64,000 nt of DNA from the human T2T-CHM13v2.0 reference genome, Homo sapiens. The notes under the pieces are model-generated. The model worked only from the letters and a program-made list of their open reading frames with translations. It did not search any database and was not told where the DNA came from. Of the stretch, positions 26,786 to 40,379 are shown one piece after another. The position numbers and the translations under genes were made by a program. The stretch is taken from assembly GCF_009914755.1 (NCBI RefSeq), contig NC_060930.1. The stretch is one strand, 5' to 3'. Within the stretch, counting starts at the first letter, position 1; each line of letters starts with the position of its first letter.

Positions 26786-27784
26786 ATAGCGATAATTTCA
26801 TTTACTAAAAGTAAAATAGCTTCAAAGAGAGAAAGTTTTCATTCTGTTAAGTTATGCTATCTTCTAAAGGGAAAGTTCTTTAAAGTTGATTCTTAATGCG
26901 AAATATTTGAGTTTGATTCAATTTCTTACAGTTATGAAATTATATTTTCTCTACTAGCTCAAATCTTAGTTATGACATTTAAAATTCACATTAATATTAT
27001 TTTAATTGAGAGTTCTGACAACTTTGAAAAATGTCTGATAATATTGGTTAAAAAATTGAAAACAGAAGAATACTATATATACCAACAATGATGAATAGTT
27101 ATCAAAATAACTAATTTTGTATTGAACTTTATTGGTGTGCATTTTTAGATTCATACGCTAAGTGAGTCATCCACACCTTGTTTAGAATCACATCTATTAC
27201 TGTTTGTTGGGTAAGATATTAATTTATTTAGTTTTTCTCTAACTACTTTAGTGATCTTAACACATCTGTTTCTTCCTTTATAACCGAGGAAGCTACAGAT
27301 AAACAGAATATAAACCTAGGCTAAGGTTTAAGGTAAGCAACATTTTATAGTTTTTAAAACAATATATTTAACCTTCTCTTTCTAAATAGCAAATAGAAAG
27401 CTAACCCCAAGAGTCATCACTTTGAATCAGCCTGAGAAGTTTCATTTTGCAATGGAAGAAATTAAACAGTTTTGAAAGCTTATTCTCTTTTGATTTCTAA
27501 GTGCTAACGCGTGTTAGTACATTTATTATACAAACCACTGATAGAGATATTGTTATTTAAAAATGGAGGGAAAAATGATTGGAACTTGACTATATCTACA
27601 CAACTAATCAGTGACAGAATATAAATTCAATTTTTCTTTTCCAGAGTCGCTTCTCTCAAGCTCCTCATTGTAATAATTTCTATCTATAAATATGTCTAAG
27701 ATTTTAAAAAGAAATAATTGTTGAATTTTCAGTTGAAATTTTGGCATGTATTAAACAAAGATGATCACATACATTTCATTTTTA

Positions 27785-28450
27785 ATCTGCTCATTTATTA
27801 AAAAGTATTATGCTCCAACAAAGTGTAAACATGTATTAAGCATTGGTGAGTCAACTCTGTATGAGAGAGCAAGGGTACTGTCCTCATGAGTAAAGTTCAA
27901 TGAGATAGAAATTGATATTAGTTGAATTAATGCACAACAAATACTTGCAAAGTAAAATAAAATTATTATAAATTTTCCACAAAAACTGAATGAGAGAAAA
28001 TCATGGTGGTGTAAAAAAAATACAGATGGTAAATTAATATTTGCATGGCCAATATATACAAACTCAGTTATAACATGAACATGTTTGGAGGATCTAATGT
28101 AAGGCGTGGGTGGTGATGGGTGTGTTAATTAATTTGTGATAATTATTACATAATATGTATTTCAAATCAGCACATGGTACACCTTGAATACATTCAATCT
28201 GTGCTAATTAAATATTTTTAAATAAAAAGGAAAAAGTATACATATATAAATTAAAAGATTTTCATGGAATGGTGAAAGTCATGGAAGACTTCTTCAAGGA
28301 ACTAACGTTAGAAGATGAATAATGGGTAGAAGACAACTTTATTTAAAAGAAAGAATATATGTGAAGACTGTGTCCAGAAATAAACATAACTAGGGAACAG
28401 ACAGCAGGCCACAGTGATACTTGGGTATAGTGAGAAGGGCAATGGATGCT
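27785..28450 (-). mobile_element. L2 remnant interrupted by an L1M 3' fragment
   Basis: ctcatttattaaaaagtatt...ctgtcctcatgag; gtcatggaagacttcttcaagga. Confidence 0.45.
28040..28235 (+). mobile_element. L1MA9/MB-like 3' end
   Basis: ggaggatctaatgta...ggtgatgggtgtgttaattaattt...gtacaccttgaata. Confidence 0.7.
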
Positions 28451-28489
28451 TGTGAGTTCTTTTAATATCCAGTTTTTAAATTATTTGCA

Positions 28490-29412
28490 ATGACTAATTC
28501 AACAGTATCCTGTATTACCTAATGTAATTAAACCAGATATTAGAAACAGTTAGAAAGCAGGAAGCAAAACCATTTGCAGGCAATATATTAGTACAGTATG
28601 CTTAAAATGTTTACAGAATCAGTGATAAAATTAACTCAAACAAGAGAATTAAATAAGGGTATAGATTATAAACTTAGTATGAAGAATGAATAGCCTTCAT
28701 ATACACAAACAATAACCAGAAAATGCAATGTTCAAATAGCTCTGTTTAATATAGGAAAAAAATCCTAGAATACATATGAATAAACTTAAGAAAAACTATT
28801 TAAAATCAATAAGGGAAAATGTTAAAACATGCTTGAAAGCCACAGACATACACTTGAACAATTCTAAAGGCATCCCTTGTTCTTAGACATGATGACCCAA
28901 CATCATATAGATTTCAATTCTCCCTAAATATTAAATATTTCATGCTATTCCACAAAAATTATCTATTAAATTTCTGTGCGGAAACTGTAGTTGATACCTC
29001 ACTTCATATGGTAAAATATTCAGAAGTCAGTAAAATACTGAAAATAAAACCCGTAACTGGGAAATTGCACAAATTCAGAATTAAAACTGCTATGTGTAGG
29101 TACATGAATAGAAAGATAGTCCAGTAGAAATACCCTTAAATATTTATTAGATTGTAAAGAGACACCTCAAATCACTGGGGCATCTTTTTAATAAATATTG
29201 TTGTTGGCTTACTGATTGAATATCCATTGGAATAAAAATTTGATTAACCTCTTACAAGAAATATTTCCAAATGGATTAGAGATCTACATGTAATAACACT
29301 ATGTAAGTACTAGAAGAAGACAGAAGTGAATTATTCTATAACATAAAGGACAAGGTTTTTAAACTATGGCCCAAAACCTAGATGCAATCAAAGAAAAGAC
29401 AGACAAATTCAA

Positions 29413-29456
<44 letters not shown>

Positions 29457-29975
29457 CAAAACAAAACAAGCAAAATCACAATCAAATGGTAAACTGAGAG
29501 AAAAAAATTGCAACATATATTGCAAGTGGCTAAAATCTCTGTGATATAAAAAAGTTGAGAAAAAGGAGACTATAGCCCACCAGGAAAAATAAGTAAAAAA
29601 ATAAAAACATACCGTTCATTTAATAACAGAAAAAAATTGCTTTAAACATTTAAAAGTGCTTCCCACTCGTAAGACAGAAACTCAACTAACAGTTTAGTAA
29701 ATATTAAAACTCATAACAATTTATTCTTTTGACTGAGCTGAGTAGACATTCTATAGCATTGCTGTTGGGAATGTAAATTGATAACAAATTATTGCAATCC
29801 TTATGTAGGAGTATTTTCCAACCTCAAAAATGAAATGTTTACATGTGCTTATATTTTAGATCAGCAAGCCCACCTCGTGAAATTTAACCTGAAGATATAA
29901 TTCCAACAATTATACGCATACACGAAAATACACACGTACATAGTTATTCATTGCAACATTATTTGTATTTGTGAA
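28490..29975 (+). mobile_element. Old L1ME ORF2 remnant
   Basis: Collinear degraded ORF2 motifs (ttatttgcaatgac, ttccaaatggattagagatcta, ttgctgttgggaatgtaaattg). Confidence 0.65.
29415..29454. repeat. (AC)20 microsatellite
   Basis: Perfect run. Confidence 0.98.
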
Positions 29976-30102
29976 GAAGAGCAAAGAAATAAAAACAATA
30001 GAAGGCAAAATGATCAGGGAAAGTGACAACAATGTATAAAATATATCAATAAAATTATGTAATGTCAATAGTGATGAAGTAGTGTTAACTGTCAGAGAAA
30101 GT

Positions 30103-30630
30103 TGAGAGACTGAACATACAAACAGACAATGTCTGGATCATGCAGAACTCTGACCTACAATCTGCAACAACCTTCCAAGGACACCAACCTCTTTATCTAC
30201 AATAAACAACCCAGGAAACCAGCCTTATAAGTCAGACTTGAAGGCAGACTACCATTTCTAGTGACAATTCAGGAAACTAAGAAATTCTTAGTTTTGAACA
30301 ATCAGTTCAAAATGGCCAGGACTTGATTAATAACTAACAACTTCACTATTTTTTGTTCCCAGTTCCAAGTGAAGACAAATCAGATAAAGCCAAATATGCA
30401 TCCCTAATTAATCACATAAGACATCCCACTTCTGGTTAGCTTGCCTAAAACATCCCTGGGCCAACACCCTTCAATCGGGGTTTACTTCAAGTCTTTCCTC
30501 TTTCCCAGTACAAAGCTTTTTCACTCCTCTGCCTGTTTTGGAATCTCTGCCAAAATGCAAGTGATGGTGTCTGGCTGCTATAGAATAAATAATCTTTGTT
30601 TTTCTCATTTGACTAGTCTTTATTTCCACA
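30103..30630 (+). mobile_element. Solo LTR (MER89/MER90-like, ERV1 class)
   Basis: TG...CA termini (tgagagactgaa...tttccaca); agaactctgacctacaa, ggccaggacttgattaataact; AATAAA near the 3' end. Confidence 0.65.
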
Positions 30631-30699
30631 GTGCTAAAACCCATGCATTTAATATTGGGAGTTGTTATACCAGAAAATAAACTAGAAGTATTAGTTACT

Positions 30700-31334
30700 T
30701 CAGAACATGAAAGAGTGTAGGATAGGGTAAAATTGAATATGTAATTGAGGATTTCAATCTTCAAATTCCTCCCTTAAGCATTCATACAGAAAACAAGATT
30801 GATAGAAAACACTGAGATTTAATAGTGAAATAACCAATATTCTTTTCTAGCTCTGTTTCTGGAACACCAGCAACTAGGCTTATACTACTCAGCTAGAGAG
30901 ATTGCTGTATTATGGATTGGAATCCAACAACCTCAAAAGAAAAAGTTCAGAATATGAAAACTTTGAGATCCATAACTGCCAAGCCTCTATGCGATCAGCC
31001 TAGAGTAAAGCTTTGAGTTGGGCAAGCACTGTTTCTACAACCAGAACATCCAAGCAAAATTTTAGTGCCACTGTCTCAAAGATGAATGGACAAGTATCGC
31101 TAGCAATTTGAGGAAGGTTTTCAACATGAAATATGGATACAAACATACAAAAAACTAAAACGAATTCACAGGCAGAAGAATCCACAGAAAAAAACAACTA
31201 ACAACAATCTAGGTAATAACTTCCGAGAAATAAAAGCTATTACACATGTGAAACAAGATCAAGATATTTTAAAAAATGCATGTTCTTGGCAATAAAAGAA
31301 ATATGTTAGTAGAAATAAACATTGCAATATATAG
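30700..31334 (+). mobile_element. Old L1ME 5'/ORF1 remnant; appears to continue at about 37640-39220
   Basis: Degraded A-rich ORF1-like sequence on both sides of the large L1. Confidence 0.45.
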
Positions 31335-34300
31335 AGTCTTTTTTTTTTCAAGACGGCTGACTAGGAACATTGGATGCTAGTTCTCAGAATGAAAATCAAA
31401 GTTGAAGGTGAATGATCATGATCTGAATAGAAGGCTGAGGTGAGAGAGACAGGAGCTGTCAGAGAGCCCATGGGAATAAAGCTGGGATGCAGAAAAGGAA
31501 AGCAGCAAGAGTCTGGCAGAGATTAATCCCCGATCAACTCAGAGTCCCAAGGGAAGGGTGTATGAGGGATATGTCTCTGCTTTCCTCTGCCCTGCCACAA
31601 ACTACTGGCTGCCAAATTGTCAGTGAGCCCATCTGCCATTGCAAATCCAGGCAAGCTGTTGGTGGCGATTTGGGAACTTCTCAAGAAAAGAGCACTGGGT
31701 GGCCAGCTCCTACAGGGGTACCCCGTGCCTGAACTGAGATGACAGGTGCCATACTGGTGTCATACTGGTCGTGCATCCATTGTGGGCCACTGGCCTCACT
31801 GGGTTACCTTAGCCCTTGCATCACAACATCATCAAATCCTCCACAAACATACCACAGACCTGCTCTGACTTGGCAATTACAGGGGACTGGCATGTGCCTG
31901 GGTATCTGTGGAATCCCCAGAGATCTAGTCTTTGGCAGGGGTCACCACATGGGAAGGAAGGAGAGCAGCCTGCTAAAGCCCCACCTTGGGACAAAGGAAA
32001 TGCAGGTGCAGTGCTAATTGCTGAAGTCAGTGGTGTGGGTGGTCAGAAACAAACCTGGAAAAGGAGTAATCTCCCGCACCCCCTATCCACTGTTGTGGAT
32101 GCAACAGAGGATTTCTCTGCTGGGGGCTGGCACGAGTGCACTTTCCAGTACCTTTCATGGTGGCTGAAACCTTGTTGAAAGTGAGACCACATCACCTAGG
32201 CTTGCACAAAGGGCGAGACCCATCTTCCCCTCCCTAGAAGAGTGGCAGTGTCCCAGCAATGGAGGGCAAAGAAGCCACAGGCTCTGGAGCTGGTAGGAGG
32301 TAGCAGGGATGTTGTTCTGCTAGGAGCCCTTTGTGGCAGCTACTAGAGGAGCATTTCTGTACATCTTAGTTGCTTGCATTGCAGCTGGGAGCCAAAAGAC
32401 ACTGTCGATAGAAACTGAAGATTGTAGAACCTGCCTGCAATGAGGGCGTGATAGGGAAGTGGATCACGTTCCTACCTGCCTAGGACAAGGAGCTGGTACA
32501 GGGACTCTGCACCCCGCCCCCATCCCTCAACCCCCATCAGGTAAGTGCCTTCAGTCATCATCAGTCTACCCAAAGGCTAGTTGGCGCTTTCTCTTAAGCG
32601 CCTCCTACTGGACTGGAGACTGAACTGCACCACCAAGTGAAAACCTTGCTGTCAGAAGGGGTTAGTGCTAGTGTTTGAGAGAAGCTTCCTGAGATCTCAC
32701 TCCTAGCCCCACAGAAGATAGTGTGTTGGCTCATATGCCCAATACACCGTGATAGCAAGCAGCATTTGAAAAAGCCACTGAACCAAACTAAACTTCATAA
32801 GCAAATGAGAAATCGTCTTTTCCAGACAAGACTATAAAGAGTCTTGTTTAAAAAAGACTTTAAACCAACAACGCTGAAAATGGAAAAGAATGCATTACAG
32901 AATGATAGAGGATTCAATTCACCCAGAAGACTTAACTATCATTAATATATGTGCACCCACCATTGAAATACCCAGGTTCATAAAACAGGTACTTCTAGAC
33001 CTTTAAAAATACTTAGCCATACGATAATGGTAGAGACCTCAACACCCTACTGGCAACATTAGACAGATCATTGAGGCAGAAAATTAACAAATTCTGGGCT
33101 TAAATTTTATGCTTGACCAATTAGATCTAATAGACATCTACAAAATACTCCACCCATCAACTATAGAATGTACAGTCTTTTCATCTTCACATGGAGCATT
33201 CTCTTAGATTGACCACATGCTTGGCCATAGAGTAGTCTCAATAAATTTCAAAAAAATTGAAATCCTACCAACTGTACTCTTGAACCACAGTGGGGTAAAA
33301 ATAGAAATCTGTAGCAAAAGGATGTCTCAAAACCTCACAATTACAATGAAAGTAAACAACTTGTTCCTAATTGATTCTTAGGTAAACAACAAAATTAAGG
33401 CAGAATAAAAACTCTTTGAAATAAATGAAAACAGAGACTTAACATACCAAAAGCTCTGGGATGCAGCAAAAGCAGTGTTATGAGGAAAGTTTATAGCGTT
33501 AATCATACCTCTGAAAGTTAGAAAAATCTCAGTAAATGACCTAATATTTAATTAGGTCAACAAACTAATTCCAAAGCTAGCAGAAGAAAGAAATAACTAT
33601 AATCAGAGCAGAACTGAATAAAATTGAGAACAAAAAATTCATGCAAAGAATCAACCAAACCGTAAGTTGGCTCTTTTAAATGATAATATCAATAGACTGA
33701 TAGCTAAATTAAAGAAAACAAGATCAAAACAACCACATTTAGAAACAACAGTGACATAAGCAACCCACAGAAATACAAAATATCTCCAGAGACTGTTATG
33801 AACACTTCTATGCACACAAACTAGAAACTCTACAGAAAATGAATAAATTCCTGGAAACATACAACCTCCAAATATTTAATCAGAAAGAAATTGGAATCCT
33901 GAACAGACCAATATTGATTGCTGAAATTGAATCAGTAACAAAAAACATACCAAATCAAAAAAGCTCCAGGCAAGATAGATTCACAGCCAAATCCTATCAG
34001 ACATACTAAAAAGAGTGGATACCAATTATACTAAAATAATACCAATAATCAAGGCAGATGGACTCCTCCCAAATTCATTCTGTGAAGCCAGTATCACCCT
34101 GATACCAAAACCTGGTAAAGACACAGCGAAAAAAGAAAACTACAGGCCAATATCCTTGACGAACATAGATGTAAAAATCCTCAACAAAATACCAGAAAAC
34201 AAAATCCAGCAGCACATCAAAAAGTAAATTCACCATGATCAAGTAGGCTTCATTATTGAGATGCAAAAATGGTTCAACATATGCAAATCAATAAATGTGA

Positions 34301-35234
34301 TTTACTACCTAAACAGAATTAAAAACAAAAACCATATGATCACCTCAATTGATGTGGAAAAGGCTTTCAGTAAAATGCAACATTGCTTCTTGATAAAAAT
34401 CCTGAACAAACTAGGAATCAAAGGAACATACCACAAAATAATAAGTCATCTATGGCAAATTCAGAGCCAACATCATACTGAATGGGCAAAGCTGGAAGCA
34501 TTCTCCTTGAGAACTGTAACACGATAAGGATGACCAGTCTTATCAGTCCTATTCAGCATGGTACTGGAAGTTTTAGCTAGCAACCAGGCAAGTGAAAAAA
34601 AATAAAAGGCATCCATTAGAAAAAGAAGAAGTCAAACTGTCTCTTTTTGCTGATGATATAATTCTGTTACCTAGAAAACTCCACAGACCCTGCAAAAAGA
34701 CTCCTGAAACTGATAAAATACCTCAGTAAAGTTTCAGGATACAAATCAAAGAACAAAAATTCGCATTTTATACAATATTATTGTTCAAGCTAAGAGCCAA
34801 ATCAAGAATGTAATCCCATTTACAATAGCCACCAAATATTAAAAATGCCTAGGAAAATATTTACCCAAGAAGGAAAGACCTCTACCAGGAGAACTACAAA
34901 ACACTGATGAAATAAACTGTAGATGATGCAACCAAATGAAAAAAAAATCTCATGCTCATGGATGGAATAATGAATATTGTTAAAATGACTATATGGCCCA
35001 AAGCAATCTATAGATTCAATGCAATTCCTATCAAATTAACAAAGTCATTTTTTCACAGAATTAGATAATTCAATTCTAAAATATATATGGAACAAAAAAA
35101 AAGAGGCCCAAGTAGTCCAGAGCATCCTAAGCAAAATTAAGAACCTGGAGGCATCACATTACCTCACTTCAAACTATACTACAAGGCTATAGTAACCAAA
35201 ACAGCATGGTGACGGTGGAAAAATAGACATATAG

Positions 35235-35617
35235 TCATATGTTTGGCTATGTCCCCACCAAAATCTCATCTTGAATTATAATCCCCATAATCTCCATGTG
35301 TCAAGGGAGGGAACCGGTGGGAGGTGATTGGATCATGGGAGGCGGTTTTCTCCATACTGTTCTTGTGGTAGTGGTATAGTGAGTGAGTTCTCATGAAATC
35401 TGATGGTGTTATAAAACAGTTTTCCCTGCTCTTGTTAGCTCTCTTTCCTGCCACCATGTGAAGAAAGTCTTTGCTTCCCCTTTGCCTTCTGCCATGATTT
35501 TAAATTTCCTGATGCATCCCTAGCCATGCAGAACTGTGAGTCAATTAAACCTCTTTTCTTTATAAATTACCCATTCTCAGGCAGTTCTTTATAGCAGTGT
35601 AAAAAGGGACTAATTCA
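35235..35617 (+). mobile_element. THE1 (D-like) solo LTR nested in L1 ORF2
   Basis: atatgtttggctatgtccccaccaaaatctcatcttgaatt...gggactaattca; L1 resumes collinearly. Confidence 0.92.
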
Positions 35618-36011
35618 CGTACATCAATGGAACAAAACAGAACCCATTATGAAAGCCACATACCTACAACCTACTGACCTTTGACAAAGCTGACAAAGAC
35701 AAACAATGGGGAAAAGACACTCTATTCAAATGGTGCTGGGGAAATTGGATAGATATATGCAGAACAATGAAACTGGACACATACCCCTCAAAATATGTAA
35801 AAATTTTTCAAGATGAATTAAAGATTTAAATGTAAGACTTGAAACTATAAAAATCCTTGAAGAAAGCCTTGGTAAAACTCTTCTGGATGTTGGCCTAGGC
35901 AAAAAATTTATAACTAAGACCTCAAAAGCAATTGGAACAAAAATAAAAATAGACAAATAAGAAGTAAAGAGCTTCTGCATAGCCAAATAAACTATCAACA
36001 CGGTAGACAAT

Positions 36012-36414
36012 TGTATTAGTCCACTTGTATTGCCATAAATGAATACCTGAGGCTGGGTAATTTATAAGTAAAAGAGGTTTATTTGGCTCACAGTTCTGCA
36101 GGCTGTACAGGCATGGCAACAGCATATACTTCTGGTGAGGCCTCAGGAAGCTTTTGGTGAAGCTTCCTGGTGATAGAAAGTGAAGAGGGGGCGGGCATGC
36201 CACATGGTGACAGACGGAGCAAGAGAGAGAGCAGGGAGGTCCCAGACTCTTTTTTCACAATCATATCTCATGGTAACTCATTATCACAGAGGGCACCACG
36301 CTATTATGAGAGATCCACCCCCGTGACCCAAACAACTCCCACTAGGCCCCACCTTCAACACTGGGTCACATTTCAACATGAAATTTGGAAGGGAAAAACA
36401 TTCAAACTATATCA
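36012..36414 (-). mobile_element. MST (MSTB-like) solo LTR nested in L1 ORF2
   Basis: tgtattagtcc...aaactatatca; TSD acaat/acaac. Confidence 0.92.
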
Positions 36415-36537
36415 ACAACCTACAGGACGGGAGAAAACATTTGCAAACCATGCATCCAATAAAGGACTAATATCCAGAGTCTGTAAGGAACTTAAGCAAT
36501 CAACAAGCAAAAAACAACCACATTAAAAAATGGGCAA

Positions 36538-36900
<363 letters not shown>

Positions 36901-37718
36901 TCAGTATCAGAAGAAAATATAAATTAAAACCACAATGAGATACCATCGCATACCAATCAGAATAAGTATTACTAAAAATGTGAAACGTAATAGATATTGG
37001 TGAAGATATGGAGAAGAGAATGCTCATATATTATTGGTGGGAATGTAAATTAGTTTAACCCCTTTGGAAAGCAGTATGGAGATTTCTCAAGAAACTAAAA
37101 ACAGAACTACCATTTGACCCAGCAGTCTGACTACTGGGTATTTACCCAAAGGAAAAGAAATCATTTTATCAAAAAGACACCTGCCCTCACATGTTTATTG
37201 CAGCACAGTTCACAATAACAAGGTCATGGAATCAACCTAAGTGTCCAATAGTAGTAGATTGGATAAAGAAACTGTAGTACATATACAACATGTAATACTA
37301 TGCAGCCATAAAATATGAAATCATGTCCTTCGCAGGAACATGGATGGAGCCGGAAGCCATTATCCTAAATGAAGTCACTCAGAAACAGAAAATCAAATAC
37401 AGCATAGTCTCACTTATAAGTAGGAGCTAAACGATGGGTACACATGGGACATTCTGAAAATAGTAGACTTTGGCGACTCCAAAAGGTAGGGGTGTAGGAT
37501 AAGGGAAAAATTGCCTGTTGTGCATAATGTTCACTATTTGGGTGATGGTTCACCAGGAACCCAAACCTCACCATTACACAGTATATACTCCTTACAGAAA
37601 CCTACATATGTACCCTCTGAATCTAAAATAAAATAACAAAAAGAATGTTTAGGTTTTAGACTGAAGAACATATTTCAGATAGCAACTACAACTTAATTGG
37701 AAGTACTGTTTAACTGAT

Positions 37719-38393
<675 letters not shown>

Positions 38394-39952
38394 TTGATGC
38401 AACACCTGAATAATGTGAGTTACAGAATGTTAGAATGATTGAAATAATACAAGAAGTGTTCTCCAAACTAAAGGATTTTGGATTGAAAGTGCCCATGTAG
38501 AACCCTACACAGTGATATCATAAAAAATATACCACGGTGTATATTGTGACTTTTTTAGATTTTAGGAACAATGAAAAGTACCTAATATTCAGAGAGAGAG
38601 CGAGCGAGAGAGAGGAAAATGAGAAGCAGGAAGCAAACAAGTTGCATACAAATATTTGGAAATGAAAATGACAACACCATTGGAATCTAGATGATAGTGG
38701 GGCAAAACCTGCAATGTTATGAGGGTAAATTTGTACCCTCATTATAATATTATACCAAGGCAAATTATTAATCAAGTGTTTGGAGAAAATAAATACTTTG
38801 TCAGATATGCAAAGTCTCAAAAAAATTAACTCCTGGTCACTTTTCCTCAGGAAGTACCAGAGTATGGGCCTTGTTCATGGATAGAAAAAGGTAGAATATT
38901 GTTAAAAATATTCTTCTTCTTAACTAAAATGCGGTAAATATTTACTTTCAAATCCTTATGATATATTTCATGGAACTTCAGAAGCTAATCCTTAAATAAA
39001 TGGAACGTGTAAATAGACAAAATCTCTGAGATAAAAAATTAAGAGAGGGTATGCTATAACAAATATAAAAATTTGTCATAATGAAAGATGATTTAAATAC
39101 TACAACATTGCTATAGAAATATATAAGCAAGCCAATGGAATGATGTAGATATCTCAGGAACAGAGCTCTATATATATTGAACTTAGAATATGATAAATCT
39201 TGCATTAGGTGTTAGTAGGAAAAATGGCGCAGGTGACACAGAGAACGTCAAAATTCTTTGCTTGCATATCCCCTCAAGTACATTTTAAAAATATAACCTC
39301 TGTATCATTCTGATTTAGAAAACTTGTAACTTCTATATACTTAAATATTGAGAGCTTAATAACTATGCCAGATTATTATATACTGCAGCAAGTTTGTAAA
39401 ATATGCCCAATGGGATGTAAATATCTACAAATGATGTCTAGCAGCATCCACTTAGTACATTCATGAACATGCTCTTTTAACATTCTAAAATGTTACATCT
39501 TCCAGTTTTTGAAATAACATTTCTATTCCACTTTCCTTGCAGAATTTTCTCCAAATTTAATACATTTTATGCTTAAAAGTTACATATTTATTTTTCTTCA
39601 GTGAAATACATATAATATTGACATTTTAACATGTTTTATTTATGCTGTTACAAATCTAAGTGTTCAAATATTCTCTAGATTTTAACTCACTTTTATTAAC
39701 TTCTCATTGAAATATTGCACAAGTCCATGTGTAAATATTCACAAATAATAAATGTATATTGGAAACATTTTCCCATTATGAAATCATGTTCACAGATCAA
39801 GAAAGTGAATGTGATCAGCAATCAAAAAATATCTCTCTCCCTCTTAATGCTTCTCCTAAAAATGACATTATTCTGATTCCTAATATTTAAGATTAGCTTT
39901 GCCAACTTTTGCCTTCATATAAATGGAATCATTTGTTACTAATAAGTGCTTA

Positions 39953-40258
<306 letters not shown>

Positions 40259-40379
40259 AAGTGCTTATTGCTGCCTGGCTTCTTTTGCTCGATATTGTGC
40301 TTGTGAGAGACGTTCCCATTGTTGCATGTAGCAACTAGCCATTTTTTCTCAATGCTATGCTTGACTATGTGCCTGTAGC

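Noticed and set aside
31487-32178. GC-richer segment with ORFs, as a CpG island or gene
   Set aside because: It is the 5'UTR of the old L1 and is CpG-depleted
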